Program-made: the position numbers and the translations under genes
The notes under the pieces: model-generated
What the model saw: only the letters and a program-made list of their open reading frames with translations
Database searches by the model: none
What the model was told of the DNA's origin: nothing
In this document: positions 1 to 9,223 of the stretch, in pieces
Numbering within the stretch: position 1 is the first letter of the stretch
Layout of the letters: each line of letters starts with the position of its first letter
DNA from: Pseudomonadota bacterium
GTDB taxonomy: Bacteria; Pseudomonadota; Alphaproteobacteria; Rhodobacterales; Rhodobacteraceae
NCBI GenBank assembly: GCA_040387915.1
Contig: JAZKCV010000008.1
Location: 104,638-168,637 of the forward strand
Length of the DNA stretch: 64,000 nucleotides
Direction of reading: 5' to 3'

Positions 1-1020
1 AATGATTTCAGATCGTTACCCGCTGCCCAATCCGGCAGACCAGACAGGGCGAGGTGGATCATCATCGTGCCGGGGGCATGGGCGAAGGCGGTGAGTTTGG
101 CATCAAAATCGCTGTTGGTCGCGGTCAGCTTCGGCAAAGCGCGCGGTGCGACATTGGCGATCACCGCGCGACGGGCGATGATTTCGCGCCCATCTGCCAG
201 CACGATGCCGGTCGCTTTGCCATGATCATGCAGGATGCGGCTGACGGTTTGGCCCGTCTCAATCCGCCCGCCGCGCGCTTCAATCGCTGCACACAGCGCG
301 CGGATGATGGTATCCGAGCCACCCTTGCCCAAAACCATTCCAAAAGCTTGCCCTGCCATGCCCTCCAGATAAGGAAACAGCGCACCGCCTGCGACATCGG
401 GGGCAAAATCGAGATGCATTCCCCAAGCGCCAAGCATGGCTTGCACTTTGGGCGAGGTGAAGGTTTGTGTCAGCCATTGCCGGGGTGATTGCAGCAGGAA
501 TTGACCCATATCGAGCGTGCCGCCAATGCCTTTTGCGCGGAGTGTTTTGAGCATGAAATATGCAAGCGCATGTAATTTCATCCGAGAGCCCAGAAGGCCG
601 AACAGGTGCGGTGCCTCGGTTCCGAAGCTTGCGGACAGCCTGTCCCAAGTGGCGGCGTCGGTTTCGGAATGGCTGGCAATCCTGGCACGTGTGGTGCTTG
701 CATCCGTGGAGACGCCGCACCAGGTGCCATCGGGAAAGACAGATGCGAAGGGGTTGGCGACAGGGGCAAATTCCAGCCCATGTTGTGCCAATTCAGCACC
801 GTAAGCCTTCATAAACGGCGATCCGGCGAAAAGTGACAGGTTCATCGCCGCCCAATCATGCCGAAAACCCGGCAGCGTATAGGCCCCGGATTTCACCGCC
901 CCACCCGCGACGGCAGCCTGTTCAAACACGCCAACCTTCCAGCCAGAGGCAGCAAGGTGCAGGGCAGAGGCAAGGCTGTTATGGCCCGCACCGATGAAGA
1001 CCGCGTCGTAGCTCTGCGAC
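1..1020 (-). CDS. NAD(P)/FAD-dependent oxidoreductase, phytoene desaturase (CrtI)/amine-oxidase-like family; C-terminus runs off the window start
   Basis: Reverse-strand ORF open to position 1 with ATG at 1020 (rc). N-terminus MSQSYDAVFIGAGHNSLASALHLAASGWKVGVFEQAAVAGG is a Rossmann GxGxxG dinucleotide-binding start typical of CrtI-like flavoproteins. Absent from the ORF track because it is truncated. Confidence 0.7.
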
Positions 1021-1121
1021 ATATTTCGCTCCGGTTGACTTAAGGATATTTGCAAATGCATTTAATTCTGTCTAGTCTTATTCCGTAAGGCGGAGCAGCC
1101 GCCGCGATCAGGGAGATCAAA

Positions 1122-1910
1122 ATGAGTTCAGCTGATGTCTTGGCCGGTCTGGCCGGAATGCTCGCCTCGGGCGGGGTGGAAGTGGTGGATTGCACTGGGG
1201 TGCTGGGGCCGAAAACCCCGTTGTTGAAGCTGCCGCCGGATTTCGCCAAGGACACGCCCGCGATCGAGATTCACCGGATTTCGGAATATGATGCCGATGG
1301 GCCGTTCTGGGCGTGGAACTGGCTGAAAGTCGGCGAGCATTCCGGCACGCATTTCGATGCGCCGCACCATTGGATCACCGGCAAAGACTATGCCGATGGC
1401 TATACCGACACGCTGCCAGTGCAGCGTTTGGTGGCCCCTGTTAACGTTTTGGACTTCGCGGCGGAGTGCGGGGCGAACCCTGATTTCCTGCTGACCATCG
1501 AACACGTCAAGGCGTGGGAGGCTAAGTATGGCGCGATTGGCGCGGGGGAATGGGTGGTTTTGCGTTCTGATTGGGACAAGCGCAGCCATGATGAAGGGCT
1601 GTTTCTGAACGCCAATGAAACCGGGCCACACACACCGGGGCCGACTGCTGAAGTCATCGAGTATCTGATTTCAAAGGGAATTGTCGGTTGGGGCAGCCAG
1701 TGCATTGGCACTGATGCGGGGCAGGCCGGGGGGATGACTCCGCCGTTCCCGGCACACAACCTTTTGCACAAGAACAACTGCTATGGGCTGGCCAGCCTTG
1801 CCAATCTTGACCGCCTGCCTGCTAAGGGCGCGATCCTGATTGCGGCGCCGTTGAAGATTGAGAACGGCACGGGCTCGCCTATTCGGGCCTTGGCGCTGGT
1901 GGCGCGTTAA
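1122..1910 (+). CDS. cyclase family protein (kynurenine-formamidase-like metal hydrolase fold)
   Basis: 262 aa; motif EHSGTHFDAPHHW (HxGTHxDxPxH of the cyclase / kynurenine formamidase family). SD AGGGAG upstream of ATG 1122. Confidence 0.8.
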   Translation: MSSADVLAGLAGMLASGGVEVVDCTGVLGPKTPLLKLPPDFAKDTPAIEIHRISEYDADGPFWAWNWLKVGEHSGTHFDAPHHWITGKDYADGYTDTLPVQRLVAPVNVLDFAAECGANPDFLLTIEHVKAWEAKYGAIGAGEWVVLRSDWDKRSHDEGLFLNANETGPHTPGPTAEVIEYLISKGIVGWGSQCIGTDAGQAGGMTPPFPAHNLLHKNNCYGLASLANLDRLPAKGAILIAAPLKIENGTGSPIRALALVAR

Positions 1911-1913
1911 CCA

Positions 1914-3485
1914 ATGGCCGCCGATCTGGGGAAATTCGATCACATCATCATCGGCTCAGGGATCAACGGGTTGGTGGCGGCCAGCATGCTGGCGCTGAAA
2001 GGCGCGCGGGTGTTGGTGTTGGAGCGTGAGGCCCGGATCGGCGGCTGTCTTTATACGGACGAAATCACCCTGCCGGGGTTCCGGCATGATGTGATGGCGG
2101 CGACGTTTGTGCTGTTCATGACCTCGCCTGCGGGGACTGTTTTGGGGCCGCATCTGGCAAAGCATGGCTTTGAATATTGCCACAGCCCGCATCCGACGGC
2201 GGTGCTGCGGCCCGATGGGTCCGCGCTGGTGCTGACGATGGACCCGGCTAAGAATATCAGTGTGTTCAATGCTTTGTCGGCTGGCGATGGCGATCAACAT
2301 GCGCGGGATGTAGGCCAGATCGAAGCCGATGCACCGTTTTTGTTTGCGCTTTTGGGCGGTAATCTGTGGTCTTGGGGCACGGCGAAACTGTTGTTCGGGC
2401 AGGTGCGCAAACGCGGGTTGCGGGGCCTTGCGGCATGGATGGGCAGCGCTTTGGCCCCGGCGCGGGGCTGGCTTGAGGCCAATTATCAAAGCCACTTGCT
2501 GCAAGCTTTGTGGGCGCCTTGGGTGCTGCATTGTGGGCTGACGCCGGAATCCGCCTATTCGGCGCAGATGGGCAAAGTGATCGCTTTTGCGCTGGAAGCG
2601 GCGGGTGCGCCGATTGCCAAGGGCGGGGCGGGGCAGGCTGCGGCGGCGTTTCGCGGCTTGATTGAGGCACATGGCGGGGTGATTCGCACGCGCGCCGATG
2701 TGGAAAAAATCACCACGCGCGATGGTCGGGTGACAGGGGTGCGGCTGGCGGGGGGCGAGGGGATTGCGTGCGCTTCGGTGCTGGCCTCGGTGGCACCGGG
2801 CCAGCTATACGGGCGGCTGTTGGATGTGAACCTGCCGCAAGATCAGGCGGCGGTGCGGCAGTTCCGGCATGGGCGTGGCAACTTCCAGTTGCATTATGCA
2901 CTGGATTGCGCACCGGAATGGTTAACGGCTGGGCTGGAGGATGTGGCGCTGATCCATCTGGCTGATGGCGTGGATTCGGTGTCGAAATCCGCCAATGAGG
3001 CCGAGCGCGGGATGCTGCCTGCCACGCCCACGATCTGCGTCGGCCAGCCGCATCGTTTGGACCCAAGCCGCTGCCCGGACGGCAAAGCGATTCTGTGGCT
3101 GCAAATCCCCGATGCGCCGCGCGTGATCAAAGGCGATGCGGCGGGCGAGATCGCGGCGGGCGATTGGGATAGCGCGCGCGAGGCTTTTGCCGACCGGATT
3201 GAAGCAATTTTATCGATACATATCAAGGATTTCAACCAGATCAAACTGGCGCGGAAAGCCTATTCCCCCGCTGATCTGGAACGGATGAATTGCAACCTTG
3301 TCGGTGGCGATCCCTATGGTGGGGCGTGCAGTGTGGATCAGTTTTTCATCTGGCGGCCCTTTGCCCATTCCACCAACGGCACGGGTCCGGTGCGGGGCTT
3401 GATCCATATCGGGGCCTCGACCCATCCGGGGCCGGGGTTGGGCGGCGGATCTGGGTTTAACGCAGCAAAGAGGTTGGGCGCATGA
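1914..3485 (+). CDS. NAD(P)/FAD-dependent oxidoreductase, phytoene desaturase (CrtI)-like family
   Basis: 523 aa; N-terminal IIIGSGINGLVAASMLALKGARVLVLE Rossmann fold. Length and composition typical of CrtI-family oxidoreductases. 4-nt overlap with the downstream MarR gene. Confidence 0.8.
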   Translation: MAADLGKFDHIIIGSGINGLVAASMLALKGARVLVLEREARIGGCLYTDEITLPGFRHDVMAATFVLFMTSPAGTVLGPHLAKHGFEYCHSPHPTAVLRPDGSALVLTMDPAKNISVFNALSAGDGDQHARDVGQIEADAPFLFALLGGNLWSWGTAKLLFGQVRKRGLRGLAAWMGSALAPARGWLEANYQSHLLQALWAPWVLHCGLTPESAYSAQMGKVIAFALEAAGAPIAKGGAGQAAAAFRGLIEAHGGVIRTRADVEKITTRDGRVTGVRLAGGEGIACASVLASVAPGQLYGRLLDVNLPQDQAAVRQFRHGRGNFQLHYALDCAPEWLTAGLEDVALIHLADGVDSVSKSANEAERGMLPATPTICVGQPHRLDPSRCPDGKAILWLQIPDAPRVIKGDAAGEIAAGDWDSAREAFADRIEAILSIHIKDFNQIKLARKAYSPADLERMNCNLVGGDPYGGACSVDQFFIWRPFAHSTNGTGPVRGLIHIGASTHPGPGLGGGSGFNAAKRLGA

Positions 3486-3952
3486 ACGACGAAACCCCCA
3501 CAGTGCCGCGTCTGGGCGAGATTGGGTTAACCAATTTCGCGCCCTATCTGATGAACCGTATCATGGGGCGCTACAACGCCAGCTTGCGCGATGAAATGGT
3601 CGATCTGGGGCTTTCGACACCGAAAATGCGGGCTTTGGCGGTGCTTTCGGTGGTCGAAGGCCCGCTGATCCGGGAACTTGCGATCTATACTGTGGTCGAT
3701 CCCTCTACCCTGAGCCGCAGTTTGGACCAGTTGCAAGCCGACGGCTTGATCCGGCGCGAGGTGGATAGCGCTGACAGCCGCGCGGTGCGGGTGTTCATCA
3801 CCGACGCCGGGCGCGGCACGTTTGAGACGCTGTGGCCGCATATGGCGAAGGCGCAAGCGCGAATGTTCCGGGGCATTCCCGAAGCCGAACGGCAGGCCTT
3901 CACGGCTACCCTTCAGAAAATGCTGACAAATATCAGAAAGCATGAGATTTAG
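3482..3952 (+). CDS. MarR family transcriptional regulator
   Basis: 156 aa. Winged-HTH region (LIRELAIYTVVDPSTLSRSLDQLQADGLIRREVDSADSRAVRVFITDAGR) matches the MarR family. ATGA overlap with the upstream gene. Confidence 0.85.
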   Translation: MNDETPTVPRLGEIGLTNFAPYLMNRIMGRYNASLRDEMVDLGLSTPKMRALAVLSVVEGPLIRELAIYTVVDPSTLSRSLDQLQADGLIRREVDSADSRAVRVFITDAGRGTFETLWPHMAKAQARMFRGIPEAERQAFTATLQKMLTNIRKHEI

Positions 3953-6097
3953 ATGGCAGAGCGTTCATTCAAAGCCGAAGTCGAAGACCTGCGTTTGGGC
4001 GCGGGCGAAACCTTCACCGGCGAGGGGATTTTGGCGCTGACCAAGGCGCTGTTGGAAAACGGCGTCGCCTATGTTGGCGGCTATCAGGGCGCGCCGATTT
4101 CGCATCTGATGGACGTTTTGGCCGACGCGCAGGATTTGTTGGGCGAATTGGGCGTGCGGTTTGAGGCCAACGCCAATGAAGCGGCGGCGGCGGCGATGTT
4201 GGCGGCAAGTGTGCATTACCCGATGCGCGGGGCTGTCACCTTCAAAGGCTCGGTTGGGGTGAATGTGGCCTCGGATGCTTTGGCGAATTTGGCATCTTCG
4301 GGGGTGACGGGCGGCGCGTTGGTGATCGTGGGCGAGGATTACGGCGAGGGATCGTCCATTATGCAAGAGCGGACACATGCTTTTGCAATGAAATCGCAGT
4401 TCTGGCTGCTGGACCCGCGCCCGAATTTGCCAAGCATTGTGCAGGCGGTTTCAGACGGGTTTGAGTTGTCGGAAGTCAGCAATACCCCGGTCATGCTAAT
4501 GGTGCGGATCCGGTCGTGTCATGTCACCGGGTCATTTCAGACGCGGGATAACCAGCGCCCGAAACTGACGGTGAAAGAGGCTTTGTCGAACCCGCGTTCG
4601 GATTTCGCGCGGGTGGTTTTGCCGCCGATGTCGTTTGCGCATGAGCAGGATAAGGTGAAAAACCGCTGGCCTGCCGCCGAGAAATTCATCCGCGCACGCG
4701 GCTTGAATGAGGTGTTCGGGCCGAAATCAGACTTTGGCATCGTGGTGCAGGGCGGTATGTATAACGGGCTGATCCGGGCGCTGCAGCGGCTGGGATTGGC
4801 GGATATTTACGGCGACAGCCAAGTGCCGATCTATGTGCTGAACGTGACTTACCCATTGATTTCAGACGAGTTTCTGGAATTCTGTGCGGGTAAAGATCAT
4901 GTGCTTGTGATCGAGGAAGGTCAGCCGGAGTTCATTGAAACGCAGCTTGGCAGCTTTCTCTATCGTGCGGAATCGGGCGTGAAGCTGCATGGCAAGGGGC
5001 TGTTTCCGCTTGCGGGCGAATACACCGGGGCGGTGATGCTGGAGGCGGTGACGGGGTTTCTGAAAACTGCCGCCCCTGCGATGCTCGCCGCACGGGTGCG
5101 AAGCCCGAATGTGGATCGGCCCGCCATTCCTGACCTGACGAAAACCGTGCCAATCCGTCCGCCGGGATTCTGCACCGGTTGCCCAGAGCGGCCAATTTTC
5201 TCGGCGATGAAGCTGGTGGAAAAGGAACTCGGCAAGCACCAGATCGCGGCCGATATTGGTTGCCATTTGTTCGCAAGCCTGCCGCCGTTTGAAATCGGTG
5301 GGGCGACGATGGGCTATGGTTTGGGGCCTGCGGCGAATGCGGCGTTTGATGGTGGCGGAGAGCGGCGGCCGATAGCGATCATCGGCGATGGCGGGTTTTG
5401 GCACAATGGGTTGAGCAGCTCGTTTACCAATATGGCGTTCAATAAGTCGGACGGTGTGGCGATTGTGGTCGACAATTTCTACTCGGCGGCGACGGGCGGG
5501 CAGGATGTGATGTCTAGCCGCGCCGACAATGCGACCAAGGCGACAAAGAACCCGATTTCCAAGGCGTTGGCCGGCATCGGCATTGATTGGGTGCGCCAGA
5601 TTGACCACACGTATGATGTGAAAAAGATGCGCGATACGCTGCGCGAGGCGCTGACCACCGATGCGCCGGGGCCAAAGGTGATCGTGGCCTCAAGCGAGTG
5701 TATGCTGAACAAACAACGCCGCGAAAAGCCGTTGCGGGCGGCGGCGATCAAACAAGGTCGCCGGGTTGATGTGCCGCGATTTGGCATTGATGAGGCGGTT
5801 TGCACTGGCGATCACGCCTGTATTCGGCTGTCGGGGTGCCCGTCTTTGTCATTGAAAAGATTGGATGATCCGTTGCGGGACGATCCGGTGGCCTCGATTG
5901 ACCAATCTTGCGTTGGTTGTGGGAATTGTGGCGAGGTCGCTGATGCGGCGGTTCTGTGCCCAAGCTTTTACCGCGCTGATGTCGTGCATAATCCGTCTGC
6001 GTTTGAAGCGCGTTTGGCGGGCGTCCGCGCCCGTGTCATCGGTTGGTTGCAACGGCGGCGCGATGCGAAGCGCTTGGTATTCGGGGGGGTAGCATGA
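3953..6097 (+). CDS. iorA: indolepyruvate:ferredoxin oxidoreductase subunit alpha (TPP- and 4Fe-4S-binding)
   Basis: 714 aa. TPP-binding GDGGFWHNG region and C-terminal ferredoxin-like CxxCxxC motifs (CTGDHAC, CVGCGNCGE). Size and architecture of IorA. Confidence 0.85.
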   Translation: MAERSFKAEVEDLRLGAGETFTGEGILALTKALLENGVAYVGGYQGAPISHLMDVLADAQDLLGELGVRFEANANEAAAAAMLAASVHYPMRGAVTFKGSVGVNVASDALANLASSGVTGGALVIVGEDYGEGSSIMQERTHAFAMKSQFWLLDPRPNLPSIVQAVSDGFELSEVSNTPVMLMVRIRSCHVTGSFQTRDNQRPKLTVKEALSNPRSDFARVVLPPMSFAHEQDKVKNRWPAAEKFIRARGLNEVFGPKSDFGIVVQGGMYNGLIRALQRLGLADIYGDSQVPIYVLNVTYPLISDEFLEFCAGKDHVLVIEEGQPEFIETQLGSFLYRAESGVKLHGKGLFPLAGEYTGAVMLEAVTGFLKTAAPAMLAARVRSPNVDRPAIPDLTKTVPIRPPGFCTGCPERPIFSAMKLVEKELGKHQIAADIGCHLFASLPPFEIGGATMGYGLGPAANAAFDGGGERRPIAIIGDGGFWHNGLSSSFTNMAFNKSDGVAIVVDNFYSAATGGQDVMSSRADNATKATKNPISKALAGIGIDWVRQIDHTYDVKKMRDTLREALTTDAPGPKVIVASSECMLNKQRREKPLRAAAIKQGRRVDVPRFGIDEAVCTGDHACIRLSGCPSLSLKRLDDPLRDDPVASIDQSCVGCGNCGEVADAAVLCPSFYRADVVHNPSAFEARLAGVRARVIGWLQRRRDAKRLVFGGVA

Positions 6098-7620
6098 GTT
6101 TGCATCAGGCGATCCCGGCGGGCGGCAAGGGTATGGACGGCGTTATTAAGTTGGCGCTTTTGGCGGTGGGCGGGCAGGGCGGCGGCGTGCTGACCGGGTG
6201 GATTGAGGCGGTGGCGCGGGCGAATGGCTACGTCTGTCAGGCGACCTCGGTGGCGGGCGTGGCGCAGCGGACGGGGGCGACGGTTTACTATGTTGAGATG
6301 GCCCCCGCTGGCCCACGTGCCCCCGTATTCTCGCTGATGCCAGCGGCGGGCGATGTGGATATCATGGTGACTGCCGAGATGATGGAGGCAGGCCGTTCGA
6401 TCATCCGGGGCTTCGTGACACCGGATCGCACGACCCTGATCACCTCGACACATCGCGCGCTGGCGGTCAGCGAAAAGATGGTTCCGGGCGATGGGATTGC
6501 GTCATCCGAGGAGGTGATTGCAGCAGCAGAAGTGGCGGCGCGCAGGTTTATCGCGGCGGATTTCGACGCACTGGCGATTGCGCAAGGCTCGGTGATTTCG
6601 GCCAGCCTGTTTGGCGCGCTGGCGGGCGCAGAGGTTCTGCCGTTCCCGCGTGAGGCGTTTGAAGCGGCGATCAAAGCGGGCGGCAAGGGGGCTGAGGCAT
6701 CTTTGCGCGCCTTTGCGGCGGGGTTTGCGGCGGCGCAGGGCCCGGTTGCGATGCCGGTTGTTGCGGTGGCAGTTGCAGCGGCTCCGGTTGGGTCGGCCAA
6801 GTTGCTTGCAGCTTGGGCATCGCTGGCGGATCGGGCAGGGCGGATGCCTGAGGCGGTGGCCGAGATGGCGGTGTTGGGGCTGCGTAAGGTGGTGGAGTTT
6901 CAGGATCTGGCCTATGGCGCTGTCTATTTGGATCGGGTGGACGCTGTGCTGGCGCAGGACCGTGCACCTTTTGAACTGTCAAAACAGGCGGCGAAATATC
7001 TCACCAATGCGATGGCTTATGATGATGTGATCCGGGTGGCGGACCTCAAAACCCGCGCCGGGCGGGCGGAGCGGATTGCGCTTGAGATGGGGGCCAAACC
7101 CGGCAATGTGGTGCAGCTGACCGAGTTTCTGCATCCGCGTGCCGAGGAAATTGTTGGTTTGCTTCCGGCGAAGCTGGGCGCGAAGCTGGAGGCCAGCCCG
7201 GTTTGGATGGCGCGGCTGGATCGTTGGTTCAACAAGGGGCGCCGGATGCGGACGGACAGTCTGCGGGCGTATCTGATGTTGTATGTTTTGGGCGGCATGA
7301 AGCGGCGGCGGTTGGGGTCGTTGCGACACGCACAGGAAGTGGCGCATCTGGAGGCTTGGCTCGCGGACGCGCTGGGGTATTTGCCCGCCAATTATGATCT
7401 TGCGGTCGAGGTGATCCGGTGCAGGCGGTTGGTGAAGGGCTATTCGGACACCCATGCGCGGGGCTTGTCTAAGTTTGATCGGGTGCTGGCGGGGATCGCT
7501 TTGGTGGCGGCGCGGGAGGATGCGGCGGATTGGGCGCGACGGTTGCGCGAGGCGGCTTTGATGGATGAAGAAGGCCGTGCTTTGGACGGGGCTTTGGCGA
7601 CGGTTCGGAGTTTTATTTGA
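6094..7620 (+). CDS. iorB: indolepyruvate:ferredoxin oxidoreductase subunit beta
   Basis: ATG at 6094 overlaps the iorA stop (ATGA). N-terminus ALLAVGGQGGGVLTGWI is the pyruvate/ketoisovalerate oxidoreductase gamma-like fold typical of IorB. The ORF-track start at 6043 is an upstream in-frame extension. Confidence 0.8.
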   Translation: MSLHQAIPAGGKGMDGVIKLALLAVGGQGGGVLTGWIEAVARANGYVCQATSVAGVAQRTGATVYYVEMAPAGPRAPVFSLMPAAGDVDIMVTAEMMEAGRSIIRGFVTPDRTTLITSTHRALAVSEKMVPGDGIASSEEVIAAAEVAARRFIAADFDALAIAQGSVISASLFGALAGAEVLPFPREAFEAAIKAGGKGAEASLRAFAAGFAAAQGPVAMPVVAVAVAAAPVGSAKLLAAWASLADRAGRMPEAVAEMAVLGLRKVVEFQDLAYGAVYLDRVDAVLAQDRAPFELSKQAAKYLTNAMAYDDVIRVADLKTRAGRAERIALEMGAKPGNVVQLTEFLHPRAEEIVGLLPAKLGAKLEASPVWMARLDRWFNKGRRMRTDSLRAYLMLYVLGGMKRRRLGSLRHAQEVAHLEAWLADALGYLPANYDLAVEVIRCRRLVKGYSDTHARGLSKFDRVLAGIALVAAREDAADWARRLREAALMDEEGRALDGALATVRSFI

Positions 7621-7623
7621 GAC

Positions 7624-7649
7624 GGTCCCAACTCGGGACCTTTTATTAT
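7624..7649 (+). terminator. rho-independent terminator after iorB
   Basis: GGTCCC-aactc-GGGACC hairpin followed immediately by TTTTATTAT, 4 nt after the iorB stop. Confidence 0.7.
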
Positions 7650-8157
7650 CGTTTAGGTTCAATGTCTTGATATAGCATCGTTAAGGAATTTTTAACGTTT
7701 CGCATGGTTGGAGGTGATGGTGCCTCCGGCTCGCTAGAATTCGAGAATTCCCGACTGAGTATTTTTGAAAACAGCAATGATGAGGGGCGAATTTAGATTT
7801 GCTCTTTCCAAAATACTTCCGCAGGAGGCCTTTGGGATGAATGTAGCAGAGCTTTAGGTTTAGATTGAAATCGTTTTTCATAATGGATGATTCTAGCGAC
7901 TTTGCGTGATTCTCTGCCTCGGCTCGGACCCCGACCTTCCGGTTTTTGCTGCGCTGCGGCTGAAAAATGCTGCGCTTGCGCTTGCGCTGCACGTGTCCAA
8001 GGTTTCGTGAATTCGCAACGGCTTAGCTTCGCAAATCGCCCAAAATAACGGCAAAATTCTCTCTCAAACTTCGCATTTTACATATAGTAATACTTTTGCT
8101 AGCCTGATCACAGGCCGGTGAGGGAAGACACCTGCCACAAAATCCTAGGGAGGGATC

Positions 8158-9126
8158 ATGTCCATACTCAAAAAACTCGCGCTGGCCGCGGGTGTTAGTG
8201 CTCTGTTGTCTTCGGCAGCCTATGCTGACCTTTCGGGCAAGGTGATCGGCTTTTCGCAGATCGGCTCGGAATCGGGCTGGCGTGCTGCAGAGACTTCGGT
8301 GACCAAATCCGAGGCTGAAAAGCTGGGGATTGATCTGAAATTTGCCGATGCGCAGCAAAAACAAGAGAACCAGATCAAGGCGATCCGGGGCTTTATCGCG
8401 CAGGGCGTGGCGGCGATACTGATCGCTCCGGTGGTTGCGACCGGCTGGGAAGAAGTGCTGACTGAGGCGAAAGAAGCCAATATTCCGGTCATCCTGCTCG
8501 ACCGTGGCATTGACGCGCCGCAGGATCTGTATCTGACTTCGGTGGCCTCGGATCAGGTCAAAGAAGGCCGGGTTGCGGGCGAATGGCTGGTCGGCGCTGT
8601 TGGCGACAAAGACTGTAAAATCGTGGAACTTCAAGGCACTGTCGGCTCGTCTCCGGCGATCAACCGCAAGCAGGGCTTTGAAGAAGGCATCAAGGGCCAC
8701 GCCAATCTGTCGATCATCCGCAGCCAAACCGGTGACTTTACCCGCGCCAAAGGCAAGGAAGTGATGGAGGGTTTCCTGAAAGCCGAGGACAGCGGCAAGG
8801 GGATTTGTGCGGTTTATGCGCATAACGACGATATGGCGGTTGGGGCTATTCAGGCGATCAAAGATGCCGGTCTGAAGCCGGGGTCGGATATTCTGGTGGT
8901 GTCGATTGACGGCGTGCCGGATATTTTCCAAGCCATGGTTGCGGGCGAAGCCAATGCCACCGTTGAGCTGACGCCGAACATGGCGGGTCCGGCTTTTGCG
9001 GCGCTGGATGCCTATCTGGCGAATGGCACTGCGCCTGAGAAGTTCATCATCACCGAGTCGAAGCTTTATACGCCTGCCGATGATGCGCAGGGCGAATATG
9101 ACCGTCGCAAGGGTCTGGGCTATTAA
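8158..9126 (+). CDS. ytfQ: sugar ABC transporter periplasmic binding protein, YtfQ (galactofuranose-binding) family
   Basis: 322 aa with a signal peptide. GFSQIGSESGWRAAETSVTKSEAEKLGIDLKFADAQQKQENQIKAIRGFIAQGVAAILIAPVVATGWEEVL closely matches my recollection of E. coli YtfQ. SD AGGGAGGG. Confidence 0.85.
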   Translation: MSILKKLALAAGVSALLSSAAYADLSGKVIGFSQIGSESGWRAAETSVTKSEAEKLGIDLKFADAQQKQENQIKAIRGFIAQGVAAILIAPVVATGWEEVLTEAKEANIPVILLDRGIDAPQDLYLTSVASDQVKEGRVAGEWLVGAVGDKDCKIVELQGTVGSSPAINRKQGFEEGIKGHANLSIIRSQTGDFTRAKGKEVMEGFLKAEDSGKGICAVYAHNDDMAVGAIQAIKDAGLKPGSDILVVSIDGVPDIFQAMVAGEANATVELTPNMAGPAFAALDAYLANGTAPEKFIITESKLYTPADDAQGEYDRRKGLGY

Positions 9127-9142
9127 TTTAGCCTGAATTGGA

Positions 9143-9168
9143 CATCGGCCAGAGCGATCTGGCCGATG
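9143..9168 (+). promoter_or_regulatory. intercistronic stem-loop between the binding-protein and ATPase genes
   Basis: Perfect 11-bp stem CATCGGCCAGA-gcga-TCTGGCCGATG followed by TTGCTTTAT. Such hairpins after a binding-protein gene typically stabilise or attenuate transcripts to raise binding-protein stoichiometry. Confidence 0.55.
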
Positions 9169-9223
9169 TTGCTTTATCTGGGCTTTCGCGCAGAGTGAGC
9201 CGCAGGGATTTGGGGAGCAGGCT

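Noticed and set aside
6611-7030. 139-aa Arg/Trp/Leu-rich ORF inside iorB (alternate frame)
   Set aside because: Alternate-frame artefact within a well-supported gene.
7681-7992. 103-aa ORF on the minus strand inside the AT-rich intergenic island
   Set aside because: Lys/Arg-rich low-complexity translation in AT-rich DNA with no SD context. The region is reported as a non-coding finding instead.
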